From NCBI GenBank assembly GCA_964527055.1, contig CAZGQB010000001.1:1-37204 (forward strand): a DNA stretch of 37,204 nucleotides, written 5' to 3'. The position numbers and the translations under genes are program-made. A model generated the notes under the pieces. The model made no database searches. It was not told the DNA's origin and worked only from the letters and a program-made list of their open reading frames with translations. Of the stretch, positions 18,199 to 26,892 are shown piece after piece (position 1 is the stretch's first letter; the number at the start of each line of letters is the position of its first letter). Source of the DNA: an uncultured Sulfuritalea sp. (GTDB lineage: Bacteria; Pseudomonadota; Gammaproteobacteria; Burkholderiales; Rhodocyclaceae).

Positions 18199-19053
18199 TT
18201 ACTCTTCCATCGAGTTGAGCCCGTAGATGGCGACCAGCACGTCGCTGGGCTTGAAGGGCGCGAACCAGCGATCGAAGATCGAGGCGATGGCGCCCGAGCG
18301 GTAGGTCACCGCGAGGGCGCGATTGACCGCCAGGCGGAAGTCCGGATCGCCGCGGCGCAGCGCGAAGGCATAGGGCTCCAGCGAGAAGTCCTCGTCTAGC
18401 AGGGCGAAGCGCGTGCGCGACGGATCGCGCCCGACCAGGCCGACCAGCACGATCCGGTCGCCGGCCAGGGCCTGCGCCTTGCCCTCTTCCAGCGCCTTGA
18501 AGGCATCCTCGCGATCCTTGAAGGGCAGCACTTCGGCGGCGATCTTCGCGTTGGCCAGCGCCTCGGTGACGCGCTTTTGGGTCGTCGTGCCGGCGACCAC
18601 CGAAAGCTTCTTGCCGGCCAGGTCGGTTGCCTTTTTCACGCCGCTGTCGGCGCGCACCAGCAAGGCGCCGGTCTGGACGAATGTGGTGGTGCTGAAGTCG
18701 ACCTTTTCCTGGCGCTTGAGCGTGTTGGTGGTGACGCCGCATTCCATGTCGGCCTTGCCTTCGGCCACCAGCGCCAGGCGCTCGGGCGTGGTGCCGGCGA
18801 CCCAGTTGATCTTCAGCGCGTCGAGGCCGAGCTGGCGCTGGATCTGCGCGACGATGCCTTCGCACAGGCTGATCGAGTAACCGGCCGGCTTGAACGCCTT
18901 GGTGTCGTCGAAGGAAAACGGCGTCGCATTTTGCGCATAGGCCAGCGTGATGGATTTGGACGACTTGATCTTCGCCAGCGTATCCGGCGCGGTGGCAGCA
19001 TGGGAGCTCAGGGCGAAGGCCGCCAGCAGGGTGAGGGAGAGCAGTTTTTTCAT
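18199..19053 (-). CDS. Amino-acid ABC substrate-binding protein (GltI-like, family 3), orphan
   Basis: Signal peptide MKKLLSLTLLAAFALSSHA, then DTLAKIK, PFSF, GYSISLC, DMECGVTTNTLKRQEKVDFS, GTTT and EPYAFALRRGD. The true start is ATG 19053. Confidence 0.92.
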   Translation of the reverse strand: MKKLLSLTLLAAFALSSHAATAPDTLAKIKSSKSITLAYAQNATPFSFDDTKAFKPAGYSISLCEGIVAQIQRQLGLDALKINWVAGTTPERLALVAEGKADMECGVTTNTLKRQEKVDFSTTTFVQTGALLVRADSGVKKATDLAGKKLSVVAGTTTQKRVTEALANAKIAAEVLPFKDREDAFKALEEGKAQALAGDRIVLVGLVGRDPSRTRFALLDEDFSLEPYAFALRRGDPDFRLAVNRALAVTYRSGAIASIFDRWFAPFKPSDVLVAIYGLNSMEE

Positions 19054-19467
19054 CGCATTTTCCAGATGGTTTGTCAGGGGAGGGAAGGACGCATGGGCTG
19101 CAGATGTGGCGAACGACCGTGGCACCCGGTTCCCGTCCCGCGATTCTACTGGCGAAATCGCCATCCGCCGCGCGCCGGCCACGGCAAATTGTCGCAACAC
19201 GCCACGCCCGCAGGCCGCCGGCCATGCGGCGGGCGGGCCGATTGCGTCGAGCCTCGTTCGGCTTTGATCATCGACTCCTTGGGCGGCACTGCATTTCCGA
19301 ATGGACAAATTCATCCTCTCGCCAGCCATTACTATGTAGACTGTGGGTGTTGTCGCCGGATGGCTGCGCGTTTTCCTCCCGAGCAGGCCACGCTGCCTCG
19401 TCGTCACCGTCCAGCAGAAATTTGTCACCCCCTTCCTTGACAGCGGAAGGAAAAATTGGAGCGAGAA

Positions 19468-19791
19468 ATGATCGATCTTGAGGTAATGCACCGCATCCAG
19501 GCGACGCTGCTCGAACGCAAGGGTGCGGCGCCGGATTCGTCCTATGTCGCCAGCCTGTATGCCAAGGGCACCGACGCGATCTGCAAGAAGGTGGCCGAGG
19601 AAGCCGCGGAAACCATCATGGCCGCCAAGGATGGCGATCGCCTGCATCTGGTGCGCGAAGTCACCGACCTGTGGTTCCACAGCATGATCCTGCTCGCGCA
19701 ATTCGACATCGGCGTCGATGACGTGATGGTCGAGTTCCGGCGCCGGGAGGGCATTTCCGGGATCGACGAAAAGAATGGACGCGGCGAATGA
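19468..19791 (+). CDS. hisE: Phosphoribosyl-ATP diphosphatase
   Basis: SYVASLYAKG, KKVAEEAAE, EVTDLWFH and RREGISG motifs. GGAG RBS precedes ATG 19468. The last residues are supplied by the 98-bp repeat. Confidence 0.96.
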   Translation: MIDLEVMHRIQATLLERKGAAPDSSYVASLYAKGTDAICKKVAEEAAETIMAAKDGDRLHLVREVTDLWFHSMILLAQFDIGVDDVMVEFRRREGISGIDEKNGRGE

Positions 19792-19971
19792 GCGCCGCAT
19801 CCGTTCTTTCGGCGCAGGCTAACGCGAGCGCAGCGAGGGTTAAGGCGCAAAGCGCCGGCCGTAGCCAAAAGAATGGACGCGGCGAATGAGCGCCGCATCC
19901 GTTCTTTCGGCGCAGGCTAACGCGAGCGCAGCGAGGGTTAAGGCGCAAAGCGCCGGCCGTAGCCAAAAGAA
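19769..19971. repeat. Two identical tandem 98-bp palindromic units plus a terminal AAAAGAA direct repeat
   Basis: 19769-19866 equals 19867-19964. AAAAGAA recurs at 19769, 19867 and 19965. Each unit contains several hairpins and a GCGAGCGCAGCGAG core. Confidence 0.95.
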
Positions 19972-19986
19972 CAGCCGGAGTCCGGA

Positions 19987-20346
19987 ATGATGGGCGACTG
20001 CATTTTCTGCCGGATCGCGCGCGGCGAGATCCCGTCGAAGAAGGTCTATGAGGACGAGGAAATCTTCGCCTTCCATGACATCAACCCGATCGCGCCGGTG
20101 CATTTCATGATCGTGCCCAAACTGCACATCCCGTCGCTGATGGATGCCGAGCCGGGCCACCGCATGCTGCTCGGGCACATGCTAGCCAAGGCCCACGAAC
20201 TGGCCCGCAGCCAGGGGCTGGTCGAGGGCTTTCGCACCATCATCAACACCGGTCGGATCGGACAACAGGAGGTGTATCATTTGCACATTCACATCCTGGG
20301 CGGTCCCGAGCCCCTGGGTTCCATGCTCAAGCGCAGAGCGCCTTGA
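19987..20346 (+). CDS. hinT: Histidine triad nucleotide-binding protein (HinT-like)
   Basis: DCIFCRIARGEIP, AFHDINP, and QEVYHLHIHILGG (HxHxH). Confidence 0.95.
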   Translation: MMGDCIFCRIARGEIPSKKVYEDEEIFAFHDINPIAPVHFMIVPKLHIPSLMDAEPGHRMLLGHMLAKAHELARSQGLVEGFRTIINTGRIGQQEVYHLHIHILGGPEPLGSMLKRRAP

Positions 20347-20375
20347 AAATTCAATGAGCGCGAGGAGAAGGCAGA

Positions 20376-20609
20376 ATGGGTTCATTTAGCATTTGGCACT
20401 GGCTGATCGTGCTGGTCATCGTGATGCTGGTATTTGGCACGAAGAAGTTGCGCAACGTCGGATCGGACCTCGGTGGTGCCGTAAAAGGCTTCAAGGACGG
20501 CATGAAGGACGCCGGTGCCGACAAATCCTCCGATAAATCGGCCGAGCCGCAACAGGTCACCGGCCAGACCATCGACGTCGAGTCGCGTCGGGAGCAGACC
20601 AAGTCCTGA
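20376..20609 (+). CDS. tatA: Tat translocase subunit TatA
   Basis: [40 protein letters not shown]. Confidence 0.97.
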   Translation: MGSFSIWHWLIVLVIVMLVFGTKKLRNVGSDLGGAVKGFKDGMKDAGADKSSDKSAEPQQVTGQTIDVESRREQTKS

Positions 20610-20695
20610 CGCCGGCAAGGCTTGCGCCATGCGGGCTCGTGCCGCGGCGCCGCGTCTCCGGTCTGTTCCATACCTTCCAGGTTCCCAGCTAATTC

Positions 20696-21103
20696 ATGTT
20701 CGACGTCGGCCTTACCGAGTTGATGGTCATCGCCGTCGTGGCGCTGGTGGTCATCGGACCGGAGCGCCTGCCCAAGGTGGCGCGCACCGCCGGACTCCTG
20801 CTCGGTCGCCTGCAGCGCTATGTCAGCGACGTCAAGAGCGACATCAATCGCGAGATCCAGCTCGATGAACTGAAGAAGATGCAGCAGGAGATGACCAGTC
20901 AGGTGGCCAGCCTGCAGGCTTCGGTGACCCACGAAATGCGCGAGGTGGAGTCTTCCGTGAACAAGGCGGTCGAACCGCTGGCGGCCGATGTCGCTGTGTC
21001 GCCGGCGCCGACTTCCGATTCGACTCCCGCAACCGAAGCGCAGTCGTCATCCCTCCCGGCGCCCGCCCCGACTACCGCTGCCGCGGAAGCGCTCAAGACC
21101 TGA
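20696..21103 (+). CDS. tatB: Tat translocase subunit TatB
   Basis: MFDVGLTELMVIAVVALVVIGPERLPKVART. Confidence 0.97.
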   Translation: MFDVGLTELMVIAVVALVVIGPERLPKVARTAGLLLGRLQRYVSDVKSDINREIQLDELKKMQQEMTSQVASLQASVTHEMREVESSVNKAVEPLAADVAVSPAPTSDSTPATEAQSSSLPAPAPTTAAAEALKT

Positions 21104-21924
21104 TGGCCGACGAACAACAAGAGACTTTTCTCTCCCACCTGGTCGAGTTGCGCGACCGCCTGATCCGGTGCCTGATCGCGGTCGGCATCGTGTTCGTGCC
21201 GCTGGCGTTCTACGCCCGCGAACTGTATTCGCTGCTGGCTGATCCCTTGTTGAAGAAGTTGCCGGCAGGTGGCCAGATGATCGCCACCGATGTCGTCGGC
21301 GTGTTTCTGGTGCCGATGAAGGTCTCCTTGATGACGGCCTTCCTGGTGGTCCTGCCTTATGTGCTCTACCAGGTCTGGGCCTTCGTCGCGCCGGGGCTGT
21401 ACGCCCATGAGAAGCGGCTGGCGATGCCGCTGGTGGCCGCATCGTTCGTCCTGTTTTTCATCGGCATGGCCTTTGCCTATTTCGCCTTTTTCCCCATGGT
21501 GTTCGGCTTCATGGCGCAGTTTGCGCCTGAAGGCGTGGCCTGGATGACCGACATCGAGAAGTACTTCTCCTTCGTCCTCACGATGTTCCTGGCTTTCGGC
21601 GTCACTTTCGAGGTGCCTATCGTCGTCATCGTGCTGGTGAAGATCGGCCTGGTCGACGTGATCAAGCTGCGCGAGTGGCGCCCCTACGTGATCGTCGGCG
21701 CCTTCGTCATCGGTGCGATATTCACGCCGCCCGACGTGATTTCCCAGTTCATGATGGCGGTGCCGCTATGGTTGCTGTACGAGCTGGGGATCATACTCGC
21801 CAGCTTCATCGTCAAGCCCGCGGCCGAGCCGGCCGGCCAGTCCGACTACCGGCCGCCCTCGGACGAGGAGATGAACCAGGAGCTCGATCGTGCCGAGCAG
21901 CAGTCTAGCGACCTGAAGAATTGA
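21103..21924 (+). CDS. tatC: Tat translocase subunit TatC
   Basis: SHLVELRDRL, YQVWAFVAPGLYAHEKR, FEVP and TPPDVISQ motifs. Confidence 0.97.
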   Translation: MADEQQETFLSHLVELRDRLIRCLIAVGIVFVPLAFYARELYSLLADPLLKKLPAGGQMIATDVVGVFLVPMKVSLMTAFLVVLPYVLYQVWAFVAPGLYAHEKRLAMPLVAASFVLFFIGMAFAYFAFFPMVFGFMAQFAPEGVAWMTDIEKYFSFVLTMFLAFGVTFEVPIVVIVLVKIGLVDVIKLREWRPYVIVGAFVIGAIFTPPDVISQFMMAVPLWLLYELGIILASFIVKPAAEPAGQSDYRPPSDEEMNQELDRAEQQSSDLKN

Positions 21925-22059
21925 CATTGCGCTGGCCGCAGGGGCCCGGTCACGTAGATTCGTGCCCTGCTATTCCAAATCAATCTCGGCTATCATTTGT
22001 GCAATTCAGTGCTGCCGCACGACGCCGCGCAATCGGTCTGGGCGGCAGGGGAGGTGTTG

Positions 22060-23160
22060 ATGAAACTGCGGCTGGTTACCCCGGCGGTGCTGCTTCTGGC
22101 GCTCGCGGCCTGTGCGCCGCCGGAGTCCGTGAAGCTCGGCTTTCTCGGCGGGCTTTCGGGCCGTGTCGCCGACCTCGGCGAGGCCGGGCGCCACGGCGTC
22201 TTGCTCGCGATCGAGGAGGCCAATGCCGCTGGCGGCGTCAATGGGCGCAAAATCGAACTTCTGATTCATGACGACGAGCAGCAGGCTGCCGTTGCCATCA
22301 AGGCGACCGAGGCGTTGGTCGCGGCGCGCGTCGAAGCCATCATCGGTCCGATGACCAGTTCGATGGGTGAAGCGATCTTGCCGGTGGCCAACCGCGCCGG
22401 CATGGTCGTGGTCAGCCCGACCGTCACCTCCTCCCTGCTGGCCGGCAAGGACGACGTGTTGTTCCGGGTGGCACCGTCGGTGGGAATCAGCACCCGGCGC
22501 AGCGCGGCCTTCGAGTACGGCCGCGGCGTCCGCCGCGTGGCCATCGTCTACGACCTCGGCAACCGTGCCTATTCCGCGGACTGGGCCGAACACTACCGCA
22601 AGGATTTCACCGCGCTCGGCGGTGAAGTCGTGGCTGAGGCCAGCTTCATGTCAGGCGACGACGCCAGTTACGGTGAAGCAATCAAGAAGATCGCTGTCGC
22701 GAAACCGGACTGTCTGCACTTTGTCGCCAACGCGGTCGATACGGTACGCCTGGTCCAGCTTTCGCGCAACCGCGGTTTGAACCAGCCGGTGACGGCCGCT
22801 ACCTGGGCGGCGACCGAGCACTTGACCCAGTTGGGCGGGCGCACCGTGGAAGGCATCACGGTGACCCAATACTTCAATCGCGACGATGCCTCGCCGCACT
22901 ATCGTTCTTTTGCCACCACCTACCACGCGCGTTTCAAGCAGGAGCCAGGCTTTGCCAGCGTCGCCGCCTACGACGCCACGAGGGCGGTGCTCACCGCATT
23001 GGCCAAAGTGGGCAGGGACCAGTCCCTGAAGCAGGCCTTGCTCGCCGCCGACCCCTATGAGGGACTGCAGGATCGCTGGAGTTTCGATCGAAACGGCGAT
23101 GCTGTGCGTCAGACCCATGTCACGGTCGTGCGCAATGGCCGTTTTGTCCTCGTCGAATAG
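22060..23160 (+). CDS. LivJ-like (branched-chain amino acid family) periplasmic binding lipoprotein, without ABC partners
   Basis: GGAGGT RBS, LAAC lipobox, KLGFLGGLSG, NAAGGVNGRKIEL, IIGPMTSS and AYDA motifs. Confidence 0.9.
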   Translation: MKLRLVTPAVLLLALAACAPPESVKLGFLGGLSGRVADLGEAGRHGVLLAIEEANAAGGVNGRKIELLIHDDEQQAAVAIKATEALVAARVEAIIGPMTSSMGEAILPVANRAGMVVVSPTVTSSLLAGKDDVLFRVAPSVGISTRRSAAFEYGRGVRRVAIVYDLGNRAYSADWAEHYRKDFTALGGEVVAEASFMSGDDASYGEAIKKIAVAKPDCLHFVANAVDTVRLVQLSRNRGLNQPVTAATWAATEHLTQLGGRTVEGITVTQYFNRDDASPHYRSFATTYHARFKQEPGFASVAAYDATRAVLTALAKVGRDQSLKQALLAADPYEGLQDRWSFDRNGDAVRQTHVTVVRNGRFVLVE

Positions 23161-23169
23161 CGGTCTGGC

Positions 23170-25947
23170 ATGCGTGAACTGCGGCTGCGAACATCGCTGG
23201 TCCTGTTGCTGGTCACTACGATCGCGCTGACTTTTTCGCTCGTCGGCAGCGCCATACTGCTCTATCGCCTGCCACAGATAGAGGCGAGCACTCGGGCAGA
23301 CCTGCGGGAACGGGCCGACAGCACCGCGCGTCTGCTCGACCACTACACGGCCGGAATCGAGGCGCAGATCAGGACGCAGGGCCGGCTCGTCGCCAACCGG
23401 TCGCCCGCCGAACTTCAGGCCTTGCTGGAAGCCATGGTCGGCGACGGCGAAATCCTGCAGGCTGCCTATGTCGTCGGTCCCGGGGGCAGTGTCGAGGCCC
23501 TTGGACTGCCTGGCGCAAGCCGGCACGCCGCTGAGGAATTGCGTGGCGCGGATTTTTCGAACAGCCCGCTGTTCCGGGCAGCTCGCGCGGGGGCAGGAAA
23601 GATCGAGTCCGCAAAGGCGATCTGGAGTGACAAATTTCTGTCGGCGCTCTCCGGCAAGCACGCGGTCGGCGTTGCGCTGGCGGCGGGCGACAAGGTGGTC
23701 ATCGGCGAGATATCATTGGAGCGCGTCCTGGCCCTGTTCCGAAATCTGGAAGCGGCTTCCGAGGGAAGTACATTGGTCGTCGATCAACGGGGTCAGTTGT
23801 TGGCGTCCTCGCGTGCCGGTTCAATAGGCCTCTTTTCGGACCTTTCGGCACTTCCGACGTTCCAGGCGATTCTTGCCGGGCGACCGCTGCCGGAGTACGA
23901 GACGTTTCAAGGGCGACAGTCGCTGGTCGCAGGTGCATTGCCGAGGAACCTGCCTTGGGTGATCGCCGCCTCGGCGCCGGCCGGCATGGCAGGCAGAGTC
24001 TACTTCACGACGATCGCGCTGGTCGCCGGCGGATTTGCCGGCGCCCTGCTGCTCAGCATGGTGCTGGCTCCGCTGTGGGCCACACGGATGGTGCGCCCGC
24101 TCAATGCGCTGATCGAGAGAACCCACCGCGTCACCGACGGCGATTACAGTTCGCCGTGGCCGCGCCGGGGAGCCATTTCCGAGCTCAATCAGCTCTCGCG
24201 TGACCTTGGACACATGGTCGAGGTGATCCAGAGCCGCGAAGCCGGGATGGCCCGCAGCGAAGAGCGGCTGCGAGCCACGCTGGAGAGCACGCCGTCCATC
24301 GCGGTTCAGTGGTTCGACGCCGACGGGCGCGTGCTTTACTGGAACAAGGCCTCGGAGGTCATGTACGGCTTCACCGCGGCGGAGGCCGTCGATTCGGTCA
24401 TCGGCGATAACCTGTTGATGTATCTCGACAGGCAGCAGGCAGAGAGTTTCATCGCGGTGCTGAAGGAAATCGATCGCAGCGGGCAGCCGTTCGGCCCGGG
24501 TGAGTATTCAGTGCGGAAAAAAGACGGAGCCGAGATCGTGGTGCTGGCCACGACCTTCGCCATTCCCGGCGAGGGCGACAGCAAGATTTTTGTGCGCATG
24601 GATCTAGACGTCACACAGCGCAAGAAGGCCGAAGAAAGAATTCAGGAACTTGCCTTCTTCGACCAGCTTACCGGGCTGCCCAACCGGACGCTGATGCTTG
24701 ACCGCTTGCGACAGGCCATGGCCGCCAGTTCGCGCAACGGCAGCCACGGCGCATTGCTGTTCATCGATCTTGACAATTTCAAGACGCTGAATGACACGCT
24801 TGGACATGACACCGGTGACCTTCTGCTGCAAACGGTCGGCCAGCGTCTCGTCTCCTCCATGCGCCAGGGCGATACGGTGTCCCGTCTTGGCGGTGACGAA
24901 TTCGTCGTGCTGCTGGAGGGCCTCAGCACGAACATGCTGGAAGCCGCCAACCAGGCCGAGTCCGTGGGCGAAAAGATTCTCGCCACTCTCAACGAGACCT
25001 ACGAGTTTGGCATTCACCGGCATCACAGCACTCCCAGCATCGGCGTTACGCTGTTTACCAATCATTTCGAAACCACCGAGGAGTTGTTGAAACGAGCCGA
25101 TCTGGCCATGTATCAAGCCAAGGCCGCGGGGCGCAACACGCTGCGGTTCTTCGACCCCGAGATGCAGGCGACCGTCACCGCACGCGTCGCCCTGGAGCTT
25201 GATCTGCGCAAGGCCCTCAGCGAGAAGCAGTTCGTGCTGCACTACCAGCCGCAGGTGGATTCAAGCGGCCGGGTGATCGGCGCCGAAGCGCTGGTGCGTT
25301 GGCAGCATCCGCAGCGCGGGCTGGTGTTGCCGGCCGAGTTCATCCCCCTGGCCGAAGAATGCGGACTGATTTTGCCGCTCGGTCAGTGGGTGATGGAAAC
25401 GGCCTGCGCCCGGTTGCTGGCCTGGGCCACGAGACCGGAAACGGCCGCGCTGACTCTGGCCGTGAATGTCAGCGCCCGCCAGTTCAACCTGCAGGATTTC
25501 GTCGGCCAGGTGCTGGACACGATCGAGCGCAGCGGCATCCGGCCGGAGATGCTCAAACTGGAATTGACCGAGAGTTTGCTGCTGGACAACGTCGAGGACA
25601 TCATCGCCAAGATAGGCGCGCTCAAGGCCCGCGGCGTGGGCTTTTCGATGGACGACTTCGGCACCGGCTTTTCCTCGCTGTCCTACCTGAAGCGCCTGCC
25701 GCTGGACCAGCTGAAGATCGACCAGGCGTTCGTGCGCGACGCGCATACGAATCACAACGATGGCGCCGTCGTCCGTACCATCGTGGCTTTGGGTCAGAAC
25801 CTAGGCCTGATGGTCATTGCCGAGGGGGTGGAAACCGCGATGCAGCGGGATTATCTGGCGAGCATAGGCTGTCATGCCTATCAGGGTCACTTCTTCAGCA
25901 GACCGCTGCCACTGGCAGAATTCGATGCCTTCGTGACGCGGACCTGA
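23170..25947 (+). CDS. Membrane-bound Cache-like/HAMP/PAS/GGDEF/EAL c-di-GMP signalling protein
   Basis: Two TM helices flanking a periplasmic domain, HAMP (VRPLNAL...ELNQL), PAS (YWNKASEVMYG), DQLTGLPNR, RQGD I-site, intact GGDEF, EAL, ELTES and DDFGTG. Confidence 0.95.
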   Translation: MRELRLRTSLVLLLVTTIALTFSLVGSAILLYRLPQIEASTRADLRERADSTARLLDHYTAGIEAQIRTQGRLVANRSPAELQALLEAMVGDGEILQAAYVVGPGGSVEALGLPGASRHAAEELRGADFSNSPLFRAARAGAGKIESAKAIWSDKFLSALSGKHAVGVALAAGDKVVIGEISLERVLALFRNLEAASEGSTLVVDQRGQLLASSRAGSIGLFSDLSALPTFQAILAGRPLPEYETFQGRQSLVAGALPRNLPWVIAASAPAGMAGRVYFTTIALVAGGFAGALLLSMVLAPLWATRMVRPLNALIERTHRVTDGDYSSPWPRRGAISELNQLSRDLGHMVEVIQSREAGMARSEERLRATLESTPSIAVQWFDADGRVLYWNKASEVMYGFTAAEAVDSVIGDNLLMYLDRQQAESFIAVLKEIDRSGQPFGPGEYSVRKKDGAEIVVLATTFAIPGEGDSKIFVRMDLDVTQRKKAEERIQELAFFDQLTGLPNRTLMLDRLRQAMAASSRNGSHGALLFIDLDNFKTLNDTLGHDTGDLLLQTVGQRLVSSMRQGDTVSRLGGDEFVVLLEGLSTNMLEAANQAESVGEKILATLNETYEFGIHRHHSTPSIGVTLFTNHFETTEELLKRADLAMYQAKAAGRNTLRFFDPEMQATVTARVALELDLRKALSEKQFVLHYQPQVDSSGRVIGAEALVRWQHPQRGLVLPAEFIPLAEECGLILPLGQWVMETACARLLAWATRPETAALTLAVNVSARQFNLQDFVGQVLDTIERSGIRPEMLKLELTESLLLDNVEDIIAKIGALKARGVGFSMDDFGTGFSSLSYLKRLPLDQLKIDQAFVRDAHTNHNDGAVVRTIVALGQNLGLMVIAEGVETAMQRDYLASIGCHAYQGHFFSRPLPLAEFDAFVTRT

Positions 25948-25976
25948 ATCGGCAGCGGAAGCGGCAGCCGACCCCC

Positions 25977-26696
25977 TCAGGACGTACTCGCTGTCGCGTG
26001 CCACAGCCGCAGCTTGTCCAGCGAGACCCTGTCTGCCTCGGCCAGGACCATGCGGGCGCCGTCGAAGTTCTCGTTGATGGTGTAATCGCTCACCGTGATC
26101 ACCGTGGGGATGCCGGCCGCCAGGCTGGCCGCCAAGCCGTGGGAGGAATCCTCGATCGCCAGGCAATCGCGCGGAGGCAGATTGAGTTGCTTCAGGGTCC
26201 AGTGGTAAAGCTCCGGCGATGGCTTCTTGGTCGCGACGACTGCACCTGAGGCTATGGCATCGAACCAGCTGTCGGCATTCGGACCGAGGTTCGCCCGCAA
26301 CAGGCCGACCACATTTTCCAGCTTCGAGCTCGAGGCGATCGCCAACCGTACGCCTTCGGTGCGCGCATCGCAGATCAGCTGGCCGATGTCCGCCCGCAGC
26401 GGTATTGCACCGGCTGCCAGCAGGCGCTGGTAGTTGCGCGTCTTGATTTCATGGATCCGCGCCACGAGATCGTCGAAGTCGGCGCGCGTGCGCGTCGCCG
26501 GATCGAACTTGTCGGCGTAATGGCGGATCCTTTCCCGGCCGCCGGCGACATCCAGCAGGGTGCCGTAAAAGGCCTCGTCCCAATGCCAGGGAAGGCCGAC
26601 TTCGGCGAAAGCCGCGTTGAACGCCGGGCGATGGCCGTCGCGTTCCGTGTTGGCGAGGGTACCGTCGACATCGAAAATGATTGCGCGCAGAGCCAT
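25977..26696 (-). CDS. HAD-IA hydrolase, CbbY-like
   Basis: FDVDGTLANTERDGHRPAFNAAF, GGRERI, KKPSPELY and AIEDS motifs. Start set at ATG 26696. Confidence 0.88.
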   Translation of the reverse strand: MALRAIIFDVDGTLANTERDGHRPAFNAAFAEVGLPWHWDEAFYGTLLDVAGGRERIRHYADKFDPATRTRADFDDLVARIHEIKTRNYQRLLAAGAIPLRADIGQLICDARTEGVRLAIASSSKLENVVGLLRANLGPNADSWFDAIASGAVVATKKPSPELYHWTLKQLNLPPRDCLAIEDSSHGLAASLAAGIPTVITVSDYTINENFDGARMVLAEADRVSLDKLRLWHATASTS

Positions 26697-26831
26697 GATG
26701 AATAACACCCGACATGAAATGAGGGATAAAGACTAGCCGATTTTTGGCTGCGGTGGAAAACCGGCGATTTATCATGGACGCCCGACCCGGCCGGTTTTTC
26801 TGCAAGCCGGACGGTGCTAGAGTGCACCCCA

Positions 26832-26860
26832 ACGTGCGCCGGCGTCCTGCCGGCGCACGT
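26832..26860 (+). promoter_or_regulatory. Perfect 12-bp hairpin in the 5' leader of the oxidoreductase operon
   Basis: ACGTGCGCCGGC-gtcct-GCCGGCGCACGT, just downstream of an extended -10-like TGcTAGAGT (26815-26823). Confidence 0.55.
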
Positions 26861-26892
26861 CGAGCTGCACCGCGATTGGAGACAGAGCGCAC

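Noticed and set aside
19054-19330. Riboswitch upstream of the amino-acid SBP
   Set aside because: No known aptamer consensus was recognisable by eye.
19431-19455. Hairpin CCTTCC-TTGACAGC-GGAAGG with TTGACA in the loop before hisE
   Set aside because: There is no correctly spaced -10 and no U-tract on the proper side, so it is not supportable as a promoter or terminator.
19054-19800. 533-aa ORF extending the amino-acid SBP
   Set aside because: The extension is antisense to hisE plus intergenic DNA. The signal peptide starts at 19053.
19769-19971. Possible CRISPR array
   Set aside because: The units are identical over their whole 98 bp, with no variable spacers and no cas genes.
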